Positions 43,387-57,100 of a stretch of 64,000 bases of DNA are shown in pieces. The translations under genes and the position numbers were made by a program. The notes below the pieces were generated by a model. That model was not told the origin of the DNA and made no database searches. It saw only the letters and a program-made list of their open reading frames with translations. The DNA comes from the human T2T-CHM13v2.0 reference genome, Homo sapiens, in assembly GCF_009914755.1 (NCBI RefSeq), contig NC_060931.1; one strand, 5' to 3'. Numbering within the stretch: the stretch's first letter is position 1; each line of letters begins with the position of its first letter.

Positions 43387-44220
43387 CATGTTAATGCTGC
43401 TTGCTTAACTAAAGGAGAACAGAGATATACAACTAAATGAAATCAGGAAAACAACGGATGAATAAAATGAAAATATCAATAAAGAGATGGAAACATTTTA
43501 AAAAAACAAATTCTGGAGCTGAAGTGTACAATAGCTAAACTTTAAAAATTTACAGTAGGTATTTAATAGTAGACCAAGTAGAAGAAAGAATCAGTAAACT
43601 TGAAGACAGCTCATTTGAAATTATTAAGTTAGGGAGTGAAAAGAAAAAAGAAAGAAGAGAAATGAGGAGAGACTAAGGGTCTTATAGGACACCATCAAGC
43701 CAACCAATATACACATTATAGTAATTCCAGAGGGAGAAGAGAGAGAAAAGAGGAAGAGAGTCTGTTTGAAGAAATAATAACCAAAAACTTCCCAAATTTG
43801 AGGAAATAAATGGACATACAAATTCAAGAAGCTCAAAGAACTTCAACTAGGATAAAATAAAAAAGAATTACACCAAGACATACTGTAATCAAACTGTCAC
43901 ATCACAATGAAAAAATCCTGAAAGCAGCAAAAGAGACTAATCACTTATGAGGGAACCAACTCTGTAAGATAATCAGCAGATTTCTCAGCAGAAACCTTGC
44001 ATGCCAGAGGGAGTGGGGTGATATATTCAAAGCACTAAAAAAAAAAAAAGAAAATAACTGCCAATCAAAAATACTATCCAGTAAAACTATTTTTCAAAAA
44101 ATTAAGTGCAAATTAAGACTTTTCTAGATAAATAAAAGTTAAGAGAATTTAACACCTCTAGACATATCCTACAAGAAATGCTAAAAGGAGTCCTTCAAGT
44201 TGAAATGAAAGGACACTACA

Positions 44221-45461
<1,241 letters not shown>

Positions 45462-46132
45462 ACAGCAATATAAAAGCATATGAAAATGTAAAGTTTTCTG
45501 GGAAAGGTAAATATGTAAATAAATATAGAATCCTCTAGTATTGTAATCACTTTTATTCTGGTATAGAAGTTAAAAGACAAAAGCATAAAAATAACTATAC
45601 ATCTATGTCAACAGATATACAATATAAAAAATGTAATTTGTGATATCAATAACATAAAATCAGCAGGGGACAGAAACGTAGAGTAGTTTTATATGCAATT
45701 GAAGTTGTTAGCAGTTTAAAATAGATTGTTGTAACCTTAAGATGTTTTACATACTTCCCATCCTAACCACTAAGAAAATTTCTATAGAATATCCACAAAA
45801 GGAAGTAAGAGAAGAATCAAAGCATGACACTACAAAAATCAACCAAACACAAAAGGAAGGCAGCAAGAGAGGAAAAGAGGATAAAAAAAAATAGCTTCAA
45901 GACATACAGAAAACTAGGAACAAATGGCAAAAGTCTTTCTATCAGTAATTACTTTAAATGTAAATGGATTAAAACACCAATCAAGAGATATATTTGGCTG
46001 AGTGGATTTTTTAAAAATCCACTTATATGCTATCTATAAGGGACTTTAGATCTAAGGACATACATAGACTGCAAGTGAAAGAATGTAAAACTATATTCCA
46101 CACAAATAGTAACCAAAAGAAAGCAAAGGTGG

Positions 46133-46855
<723 letters not shown>

Positions 46856-46890
46856 GGGGGCTATACTTACATCAGACAAAATAGACTTTA

Positions 46891-46929
46891 GTCATTTATG
46901 CCTAGTGTTCCATTATTGGAATGCTAAGC
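46891..46929 (+). mobile_element. MER85 (PGBD3-derived piggyBac MITE), 5' part
   Basis: CATTTATGCCTAGTGTTCCATTATTGGAATGCTAAGC matches the MER85 5' TIR and internal palindrome. Confidence 0.88.
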
Positions 46930-47406
46930 TGTAGGAGATCTGTCATAGTGGTGGTAGAAACTATAGGGAAAGGAGCAGGCCTTCTGAAAGGTTGGAAGGC
47001 TCTGCAGAGCTTTGGGGGGAATAGCTGAAGGCAGCTGTTCTCTAATCCTGAGACAGAGGCCAAAGAGTATGTGCAAGGGAGTGAAGGGGAAGTTATCTTG
47101 ATCAGGCTTGTTTGTTTGAAGTTGTCCAGGAATTGACCTTTGAACATCCATGCACGTGATGTTCCCTGAAAGGGGAATATATACATGTTAATTACCCACA
47201 GATAATACACGTTAATTACGTGCACATTGTGTTTGCTCCAGGCTCTTGGCATGTGCCTGCACTGAATAAAAGCAAGCAGCTCCAGCTTCTCTAGGCAGCA
47301 CTTTGGCCACTAGAGCCAGGCAGTCTGCTAGCTGTTCTTACACGGCATACCTGTGTCTGAGTACTCATTTCATCCATCAGCCAGGGTCTGTGGGACAGAC
47401 TTGGCA
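46930..47406 (+). mobile_element. 5' LTR (LTR22 family)
   Basis: TGTAGGAGATC...GAAACTATAGGGAAAGG...CCTTCTGAAAGG; AATAAA at about 47265; ends GACAGACTTGGCA. Confidence 0.9.
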
Positions 47407-47408
47407 GG

Positions 47409-47426
47409 TGGTGCCCCATCTGAGGA
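47409..47426 (+). promoter_or_regulatory. Primer-binding site, tRNA-Met (elongator) type
   Basis: TGGTGCCCCATCTGAGGA, 16/18 to the recalled tRNA-Met complement TGGTGCCCCGTGTGAGGA; 2 nt after the LTR. Confidence 0.8.
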
Positions 47427-47545
47427 ATGCTGCAACGGATCATGACAGAATCCTCAAAAACAAAGGTGAAGTGACTGTGCAGTAAGTAATTGGTGCCTGC
47501 TCAGGATTTCCAAGTTCAAGGGGATTTTCAAGCTAGGGTTTCACC

Positions 47546-48730
47546 ATGAGACAACAGTTATCATCTCAACAGCAACAGTATATAAAAGTATTGAAACAGC
47601 TGCTTAAAGCTATTGGATCCTCTGTCTCAGAGGCCTAATTAAGGGACCTAATGCGAACTGTTGTTTCCCATAACCCATGGTTCTCAGAAGAAGGCACGCT
47701 AGACTTAGAGCTCTGGGAACAAGTGGGAAGAAATCTTAAAAGACATCATGCACAAGGGCAACGGGTCCTAGTAACATCTTTAATGTTATGGGCGTTAGGT
47801 AGGGCTGCTTTGTCCCTGCTCTATACAGAAGAGCCTAAAAAGGGAAGGGAAGAGGAACCATCACCTACCTTACTGCCCCCTCCTCCTCCCTCAGCCCTGC
47901 CGTTATGGGTATAGGTGCCACAGAAGAGACAGAGAATTTTCCTGAGCCCCCTCCCCCAATAAATTGGAAAAAAGACAAGGGATACACTACGGGACGCTCT
48001 CTTAGGCAAGTGGCATTAGAAGGGGAGCTCTTGGCCTGCCCAGTGATGCAAGATCAACAAGGCAATTGGGTACATGAACCCACTACTTTCAACACTTATA
48101 AAGAAATAAGAAAAAGCATTAGAGAAAACGGAGCTGCTAGCCCATTTACAAAAGGATTAATTGAGGCCATAGCAGATAACTTCCATATGACCCCATGGGA
48201 CTGGTCATAGCTAAAACAACTTTAGAGGCCAGTCAATACCTCCTCTGGAGGGCAGAATATGATGAATTGTGCGAACAAGAAGTCAACCAGAATCAATTGG
48301 CCAGGCAAAACATAATGGCTGCTATGCTCCAGGGGAGGGGTCCCTATGTCAATGTACAACAACAATTAAATTTTGTCCCCCAAGCCTAAGCACAAGTGTC
48401 CTTGTGCACCCTCAGGTTTTGGGACTGAATCCCCAAAGATGGAGTTCAACAGGGATCTTTTGTAAATGTAGAACAAAGGCCTCAGGAGCGATTTGTTGAA
48501 TTTATAAATCAGTTAACCAAGGCAATTAAGAGACAAATTAGTCATGCCCAGGCCACTGATATCTTATTGTTGCAACGGGCTTATGAAAATGCTAATGTAG
48601 ACTGCCCGCAGACAATGCAGGTAATCAGAGGAAAGGCAGCTACAGTCGGGGAACTTATATGAGCATGTCAGCTGGTGGAGACTGAAACATACAAAGCCAA
48701 AATATTGGCTATGGCATTAAAGCCTCCTTC
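47546..48730 (+). pseudogene. gag relic (MA and CA; NC deleted)
   Basis: MRQQLSSQQQQYIKVLKQLLKA, PWFSEEGTLDLELWEQVG, SPFTKGLIEAIADNFHMTPWDW, MHR-like QRPQERFVEFINQL; stops and frameshifts. Confidence 0.88.
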
Positions 48731-49990
48731 CCGCTGGCAAACTACTCCAGTTCTTATCTTATATTCCTGTAGTTATACCTACAAAGGTAGTTCACTACCC
48801 CATATCTAATGCTTTAACACTTTTCACTGATGGCTCTGGTAAAAATGGAAAAGCAGCTATCTGGTGGGAACCACATAACTCCCTCACTCGATCTGGGTTT
48901 ACTAGTACTCAGAGAGCTGAGGTTGGAGCCCTGGAATATTGGCCCTGGAATCCTTTTCCACTCAGCCCATCAATATTGTTAGTGACTCTGCTTACTCCAT
49001 TTATTTATTGCAAAACCTTGAAACAGCCCTCATTAAGTCCACTCTTGAGCCCACCTTCTGTGTCCTTTTTCTTCAACTTCATTGCTGGATCAGCATACAC
49101 ATCCTATTTTTATTACACACATTCAGGCCCACAGCTCACTGCCCAGTCCACTAGCTCATGGCAATGATCAAGCAGACCTGCAGGTTATGACGTCACTGCT
49201 TGAACAAGCCACCCAGTCACATCAATTTTTCCACTAAAATTGGAGAAATTTAAATAATTTCAGTTAACCCAAAGACTAGTGAAACAAATTATCCTGCAAT
49301 GCCCTGATTGCCAGCTCACAGGCCCATCCCCTCCTTCAACAGGTGTTATAACCCTAGATGACTAGAACCTAATGAGTTGTGGCAAACAGATGTTACGCAC
49401 GTCCCTGAATTTGGAAAACTAAGACATGTACATATATCCGTAGATACCTTTTCCCACCTAATTAGTGCACATGCTCTTCCTGGAGAGTCCACCCGATATG
49501 TCATTAAACATCTTCTCTTAACTTTTGCGTTTATGTGGCAGCCCACAAAAATTAAAACTGATAATGGTCTGGCTTACACCAGTTCACAATTTCAACAATT
49601 TTGTCACACATGGAATGTCCAACATTCCATGGGTATCCCCTATAACCCCCAAGGACAGGCCACAGTAGAACGTGCCCACTCCACCCTTAAAAATATGCTC
49701 AGAAAATAAAAAAGGAGGAATACGAGTAAGGACCCTACAACACTACTAGCACAAGTCTTATTCACCCTTAATTTCTTAAATTCAGATAGTAAATTTTAAT
49801 CAGCCATATAAAAGCACTTTGCTAAAACCTCCCAAGATGTAAAACCTTTAGTTTTATGGAAAGATGTAAATGGTAATCTATGGTGCAGTCCAAATGATTT
49901 ATTAACATGGGGAAGAGGATATGCTTGTGTTCACACCCCCTCAGGTCCTCTTTGGATTCCAGCATGACACATCAAACCATACCACGGCAT
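48730..49990 (+). pseudogene. pol relic: RNase H and integrase only (pro and RT deleted)
   Basis: FTDGSGKNGKAA, INIVSDSAY, CPDC, WQTDVTHVPEFGKL, IKTDNG, GIPYNPQGQATVERAH. Confidence 0.92.
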
Positions 49991-50620
49991 GGCTGGGACC
50001 CAACCTGGTACCAGAAATGAAGGAAATGATCCTGCAGGACCCACATCCCCAGATGATGCAGCTTCCTTGGACAACACAGGCCCTGGACATTATGCTGATG
50101 GAGACAACTCAGAAGGCTGAGCAAATCCTGCTCCAGACACAAACACTGTTCACTCCAGATAATCTGTTCCTTGCTATTCTCTCTGTTGGACATTGCAACT
50201 CTCGTAGGGTATTGGTTTTTCTTATTCTCTCACTCTACCTGCAGCCTGTACCTGCTACACTCTATTAGGTCCATCTTCTAGATCCTCCTTTCTTCCACTC
50301 TGTTACTTTGGTGGACACCCCCTTCCCAGCTTCTAACAATGGGACTGCTTGGCTAAGAGGGATTAATATACCCCTGGTGGGGTTTCTCAACAACAACCCT
50401 ATAGAACAATGTGCAAAAACACCCCTGCTGGATAGACCCCCACTCCTGGGGGTCACTCTTTAATTGGAAAAAAATATTACTGATTATACTCATGTTTGCC
50501 TTATGTTATCTACTGGTTCTAGGATGCAAAGCCAGAACACAACTGTAACCACTGTGCCTGTCAAGCCTGTCACTGTGCACATCTGTGTGCTACTTCAATC
50601 AACAAAACCTGATGCAAAAA
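49990..50620 (+). pseudogene. env relic (leader/signal peptide, SU start and 3' tail; centre deleted)
   Basis: TTQKAEQILLQTQTLFTPDNLFLAILSV and following LLDPPFFH are typical HML env leader sequence; only about 600 bp remain. Confidence 0.7.
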
Positions 50621-50636
50621 ACAGAAAAGGCGGGGA
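50618..50636 (+). promoter_or_regulatory. Polypurine tract
   Basis: AAAACAGAAAAGGCGGGGA immediately before the 3' LTR TG. Confidence 0.85.
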
Positions 50637-51027
50637 TGTAGGACATCCATTAGAGTGATGGGAGAAACTATCGGGAAAGGAACAGGCCTTCTAAAAGATC
50701 AGAAGGCTCTGCATAGCTTCAGGGGAGAATAGCTGAAGGCAGCTGTTCTCTAACCCTGAGGCAAAGGGAGAGGAGTATGTGCAAGGAAGTGAAGGGGTGA
50801 TGTTCCCTGAAAGGAAAACAATAAATGTTAATTACTCGCAGATTGTGTTTGCTCCAGGCTCTTGGCATGTGCCTGCACTGAATAAAAAGCAAGCAGCTCC
50901 AGCTTCTTGAGGCTGCACTTTGGCCACTAGAGCCAGGCAGTCCCCTAGCTGCTCTTACACTGCATACCTGTGTCTGAGTACTCATTTCATCCATCGGTCA
51001 GCGAGGGTCTGTGGGACAGACCTGGCA
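50637..51027 (+). mobile_element. 3' LTR (LTR22 family), lacking about 65 bp present in the 5' LTR
   Basis: Collinear with 46930-47406; ends GACAGACCTGGCA. Confidence 0.9.
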
Positions 51028-51124
51028 CTAAGCATGTGGGAGTTATTTATATCCTACTGCTCAAGATCATCGCCAAGGTCTGATTGCAAAAATTTAAAAA
51101 ATTGCAACCTCAGGCATAAATGAG
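51028..51124 (+). mobile_element. MER85, 3' part
   Basis: CTAAGCATGTGGGAGTTATTTATATCCTACTGCTCAAG...TTGCAACCTCAGGCATAAATGAG followed by TTAA. Confidence 0.9.
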
Positions 51125-53605
51125 TTAAGTCAGAAACTGCCCTAGAAACAAAGAAGGACACTTTATAATGACAAAATGATCAATTCTCCAGAGAGCTATC
51201 ACAATCATAAGCAAATATACTCAACATCAGAGGTCCCAAATGTATGAGGAAAATATTGACATAATTGACAGGAGAAATAGACAACAATAAAAATAGTAGA
51301 AGGCTTCAATATTCTATTTGTAATAGTGAATAGAATAATCAGACAGAAGATCAATAAGGAAACAGAGAACTTGCAAAACACTATAGCTCAATGGCACCTA
51401 TAGACATATACAGAACACTGTACCCCAAACAGCAGAATATACATTTTTCTCAAGTGCACATGGAAAAATTCTCCAGGACAGACCATACGTTAAGTCACAA
51501 AACAAGTCTTAACAAATTTAAAAAGATTGAAATCATACCAAGTATCATTTACAACCACAATGTAATAAAACTAGAAAACAATAGCAGAAGGAAAACTGGA
51601 AAGTTTACAAATATGTGGAAATTAAACACCAAACTCTTAAACAAACAAGGTCAAAGAAAAAAATCATATAGGAATTTAGAAAATATCTTGGGACCAATGA
51701 AAATGAAACCACAATGTACCAAAACTGATAAGATACAATGAAAGCAGTACTAAAAGGGAGGTTTATAGTGATAAATGCATACATTGGAAAATATGAAAAA
51801 TCCCAAATTAATGATCTAAAGTTACACCTCAACAGAACAGATGCAACTGATGCAACAGAAATGAAAAGGATTATATGAGATTGCTATGAACAATTATACA
51901 ACAACAAAATAGAGAACCTAGAAGAAATGGATGAATAGCTAGAAACATAAAACCTACAAAGACTGAATCATAAAGAAACTAAAAATCTGAACATATCTAT
52001 AACTAGTAAGGAGATCAAATTCATTATCAAAAATCTTCTCCCCAAAAAAGCCCATTATTAAATGGCTTTATTGAAGAATTCTAAAAAATATTTAAAGGAC
52101 AATTTATACCAAAACTCCTCAAAATCTTCTAAAATATTAAAAAAGAGGGAACACTTCCAAACTCGGTTCATGAAGCTGACATTACCCTGATAAGAAAAGA
52201 AAACTTACTATAAGAAAAGAAAAAATTCAAACCAATATCCATAATAAATATTAATGCAAAAATTATAAACAAAGTACTAGCAATTCGAAATCAACAGCAC
52301 ATTAAAAGAATTATACACCATAACCAAGCAAGATTTATTCCTGGAATGTAAAGATGGTTCAAGATATGAAAATCAATCAATGTAAAACATAACATTAACA
52401 GAGTGAAGGATTAAAAGCACATGATCGTCTCAGTCAATGAAGAAAAAGCATTTGACAAAATTTAATACACTTTCATGATAAAAACACACAATAAGCAAGG
52501 AAAAAAAGGAATGTACCTCAATATAATTAAGGCCATATATGCGAAGCCTTCAGCTAACATCATACTCAATGGTAAAAAGCTGAGTTTTTTCCTCTAAGAT
52601 CAGGAATATGGCAAGGATGCTCATTCTCACCACTTCTATTCAACATAGCACTGGAAGTCCTAGAACAATGACACAAGAAAAACATATAAAAGGCATCCAA
52701 ATTGGAAAGGTAAATGTAAAATTATTCCTGTTTATAGATGATGTGGTTTTATATTGTAGAAAACCCTAAAAGTTCAACAAAAAAAGCCTGCCAGAACTGT
52801 TAAACAAATTCAGCGAAGTTGCAGGTTACAATACCAACACATAAAATTAGTTGCATTTCTATAAGCTAACAACGAACAACCCAAAAGGAAATTTAAGAAA
52901 ACAATTTCATTTACAAAACCATAAAAACGATCCTTAGGAATAAATTTAACCAACAAAAATAAAAATATGTACACTGGAAACTACAAAATATTGCTCAAGG
53001 AAATTGAAAAAACACAAATAAATAAATAAAAACATATCCTGTGTTCATAAGTGAGAAAGCTTAATATTGTTAAAATTTCCACACTACCCAAAGCAATCTA
53101 CAGATTCAAGGCAATCTTTATAAAAGTAGCAATGTCACATTCTTTGCAAAAATAGCAAAAACCATCCTAAAATTCACACAGAAAATCAAGGGACCCCCAT
53201 ATAGCCAAAATATCTTGAAAAAGAAAACAGTTGGAGGCCTCACACTTCCTAATTTCAAAACATTATAAAGCTACAGTAATAAAAACTATGGTAATGGCAT
53301 AAAGACAAATGTTTTGACCAATGGAACATAATATAGAGGCCAGAAATAAACCCTTGTGCATATGGTCAAATGATCTTGGTCAAAGGTGTCAAGACCATAC
53401 AATGAGGAAAGGATTATCTTTTCAACAAATGGTGCTGGGAAAATTGGATATCAACATGCAACAGAACAAAGTTGGGCATTTAAGCTACACCATAGATAAA
53501 AACTAAATGGATTAAAGATTTAAACATAAGATCCAAAACTCTGAGACTCCTAGAAGAAATTATAGTGGAAAAGCTTCATAATATTGGATTTAGTAATGAT
53601 CTGTG

Positions 53606-53794
53606 TATAGTGAATGAGTTCACCATGAATGAATATTGATTATTATGATGTTGTCTGCTTGTATTATGTTTCATTTTTTAAAAAGCAACTTTTATAGATA
53701 GCATAATTTTATGAATAAATTTTTATATCAATATCGTGCAGCCAAAAGTTAAAAATTATTAACAGTGCTTTCATTTGAATTCTTTTTTAACACA
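53606..53794 (+). repeat. About 190-bp dispersed direct repeat, copy inserted in L1 ORF2
   Basis: Aligns by eye with 56428-56617 (TGAGTTCACCA..AATGAATATTGATTATTAT...AAAAAGCAACTTTTAT.GATAGCATAATTTTA...TTTCATTTGAATTCTTTTTT). Confidence 0.9.
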
Positions 53795-54502
53795 ATAATT
53801 TGTTAAATTATTTTATTATGACACCAAAAGTGCAGGAAACCAAAGCAAAAATAGACAAATGGGACTATATCAAACTTAAAAACTTATGTGCATCAAAGGA
53901 AACAATTTACAGAGTGAAAAGGCAACCTACAGAATGAGAGAAAATATTTTCAAATCATATGTCTGCCAAAGGGCTAATAATTGAATATATAAAGGACTCC
54001 TACAACTCAACAGCAACCAAAAAAATCCCAAGTAACTTGATTAAAAACCTGGCAAAGGACTTACATATATATTTCTCCAAAGAAGATATACAAATGGCCA
54101 AAAAGCATATGACAAGATGCTCAATATCATTAAACATTAGAGAAATGCACATCAAAACCACATAGATATCACAAAAACAAACAAACAAAATATACCAGGA
54201 AATAACAAGCATTGTCAAGATATGGAGAATTGGAATCCTTGTGCACTGCTCACAGGAATGTAAAATTGTGTAGCTGCCATGGAAAACAGTATGAAGTTTC
54301 TTTTAAAAATTAAAAAGACAGTTACATATGATCCAGCAATCTTATTTTGGATATATATCCAAAGAATTGAAAGCGGGATCTTGAAGAGCTATTTGCACGC
54401 CAGTGTTCACTGAAGCATTACTCACAATAGCCAAGAGGTGAGAGCAACCTCAAATGTCATTTAAAGGAAGAATGGATTTTTTAAAAATGTGGAATATATA
54501 TG

Positions 54503-55014
54503 TGACGAGACCAGCTCAGTCCGGGAGACCCTAACCCAGTGGCGCTAGAGGAATTAAAGACACACACACAGAAATATAGAGGTGTGAAGTGGGAAATCAA
54601 GGGTCTCACAGCCTTCAGAGCTGAGAGCCCCAAACAGAGATTTACCCACATATTTATTAACAGCAAGCCAGTCATTAGCATTGTTTCTATAGATCTTAAA
54701 TTAACTGAAAGTATCCCTTATGGGAAAGGAAGGGATGTGCCGAATTAAAGGAATAGGTTGGGCTAGTTAACTGTAGCAGGAGCATTCCTTAAGGCACAGA
54801 TTGCTCATGCTATTGTTTGTGGCTTAAGAATGCTTTTAAGTGGTTTTCCACCCTGGACGGGCCAGGTGTTCCTTGCTCTCATTCTGGTAAACCCACAACC
54901 TTCCAGCGTGGGCGTTATGGCCATCATGAACATGTCACAGTGCTGCAGAGATTTTGTTTATGACCAGTTTTGTGGCCAGCTTATGGCCAGATTTTGGGGG
55001 GCTTGTTCCCAACA
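54503..55014 (-). mobile_element. MER9 (HERV-K HML-3) solo LTR
   Basis: Reverse complement begins TGTTGGGAACAAGCCCCCCAAAATCTGGCCATAA; exact 6-bp TSD TATATG (54497-54502 and 55015-55020). Confidence 0.92.
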
Positions 55015-56427
55015 TATATGCAATGTTATTCAGCCTTAAAAAAAATCTCATCACATGGTACAACATGGATGAACCTTGAAGACATTATGCTAACTAAAAT
55101 AAGTCAATCACAAGCAGATGGTCTTATTGATTCCTTTTAGATGCGGCACCTCAAATAGTTAAACTAATTGAAACAGAAAGTAGAATGGGGGTTGGGGAAA
55201 AGGGGAAAGTGGGTAGTTTTTCAACAGGTATAAAGAGTTTCAGTTTGTGAGATGAAAAACTTCTAGAAATCAGTTGTACAACAATGTGAATACAGCTAAC
55301 ACTATTGAACTATGCACTTAAAATGGTTAAGACGGTAAATTTTATATTATGATGTGGTGTGTGATTTTTTGGCCACATTAAAACAAAACAAAACACCCTG
55401 GCCCAGAGCCATCTTACAAAAGTTCATTAACATTAACATCATTCCTGTCTGACTCTCTCCCCGACCTCTCCTTCTCCTCCATTCTCATCCCTCCAGCTCC
55501 AACTTCAATTGGGATCAACCATCACTGTCAGAGAGTGGGGAAGGATGCTATTAGAAAGACAGAAGAAACAGACAGCATCCTTTTATCCAGGAGCAAGTTG
55601 TCCATATGTAAAGGACCTGGCTAAGAGAAAGGGGATGGCTTTCCTCTGAGAGGAGAATGAAGTGCTGATCAACATAAAAGACTAGGCATTCGAATTTCTG
55701 GTATAGGACTATAGTTTACAACTTAGAGTAAACTAGGAATGAACAGAAGAGTCAATAGACACACCCAGTTTTAATCTGTTGGCCAAAAAAAAAAAAAATC
55801 CTACTTAGCTTGTTTAAGGAGACAATAGGAAACAAAAATAAAGATGTTTTAAAATTATAGCCTGCATATTTTACCTGTTCAATATACTGGTTTAAAATAT
55901 TAATGCATACAATGTTAATACAGACAGAAAGTTGGAAAGACTGTACCTAGATGGTTAACAGTTAACAGTAATCATCTTTGGGGAGGGACTGGAAAAGGGT
56001 GTGTTTGAAAGGAGATTTTCACTCTACACTCACCACATATTTATGCAAGCAGTATGTATTCCTATGTCACTTATGTAAGTGATGTGGTATTTTTAAAGTC
56101 AAAAGTTGAAATTAACATATTGTGCAGGTTTATTTCATATAGGTAATGGGTCTAAGTACTGTCTAACTTTGTTATAATCAGATATTAGTGAACCCCTGTG
56201 AAACACAAACTTTTTTTGAAACTGTTAGAACCCAGCATTGATAATAGAGCCAGATGAGAAAACTGTTTTTCTAGATTTTTCTTTTTTCTGTAGCTAAAAG
56301 AGGAAGAAAGAAAAGAGGAAGGAAAGAAGGAAGGAAGGTCCAATTTCCTTTTCCCTAAAATTTTAAACAGGCTAATTTTTAAAACAAACAAACAAAAAGT
56401 ACCTCAATAACTCTATCAGTTTCTGAT

Positions 56428-56617
56428 TATAGGAAGTGAGTTCACCACAAATGAATATTGATTATTATAATGTTGTCCGTTTGTATTATTTTTCCTTTTC
56501 AAAAAAGCAACTTTTATGGATAGCATAATTTTACGGAGAAACTTTTATATCAATATCTTGCTGGCAAAAGTTAAGAATTACTAGCAATGGTTTCATTTGA
56601 ATTCTTTTTTAAACACA
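56428..56617 (+). repeat. About 190-bp dispersed direct repeat, probable donor copy in non-repeat DNA
   Basis: Matches 53606-53794. Confidence 0.88.
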
Positions 56618-57014
56618 GAATCAGCATCAGGTTTCACATGCTTACAAAAAGACTAAGAAAACCCCCAATAACTCCAAAAGGCAATGTGGATAACTTCCTT
56701 TGAAAATAATTAATGATAATTGTAAACATTGCTTTCCTGGATATTCTGCCATTATGTTGGCCCTTCCTCACACGTTACCACTAGAATCTTTAGGAGCATC
56801 TTCTTGCCAACATAAACTGTGTGAAAACTTTACAAACACAGCTGGGAAGAATAGACCAATGACCTCTGTATGACTTCTTGGCAGCTTTGCAAGTCAGAGG
56901 CCTAATTTGAAGTGTGGAATTGGTGGTTTGACCAGTTTTGGCTAACACTGGGTCCACATGTCAGAGAGATGCAGCAGCTCCCTCCCCGGGTCACCAGCTC
57001 AGTCCCATGCATGG

Positions 57015-57100
57015 TGAGTCACAGTGGCAGAGGGTGCCTCCTTCCTGGCTGTCTTGACTCACTCAGTGGAGCAGGAGAGGATTTTCATGGGAGTTGTGGT
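57015..57100. promoter_or_regulatory. Candidate enhancer motif cluster: two AP-1 sites and a RUNX core
   Basis: TGAGTCA 57015-57021, TGACTCA 57055-57061, TGTGGT 57095-57100 in a locally GC-richer non-repeat patch; motif evidence only. Confidence 0.3.

Larger units (their letters stand above)
46930..51027 (+). mobile_element. Internally deleted HERV-K(HML-5)/HERVK22 provirus (4098 bp)
   Basis: Two related LTRs (TG...CA), PBS, PPT, betaretroviral gag/pol/env relics, exact 6-bp TSD CTAAGC (46924-46929 and 51028-51033). Confidence 0.92.

Noticed and set aside
49377-49709. 110-aa integrase core ORF as a functional protein
   Set aside because: D,D,E residues are visible but it starts at TTG, is cut off from the HHCC domain and ends in a premature stop
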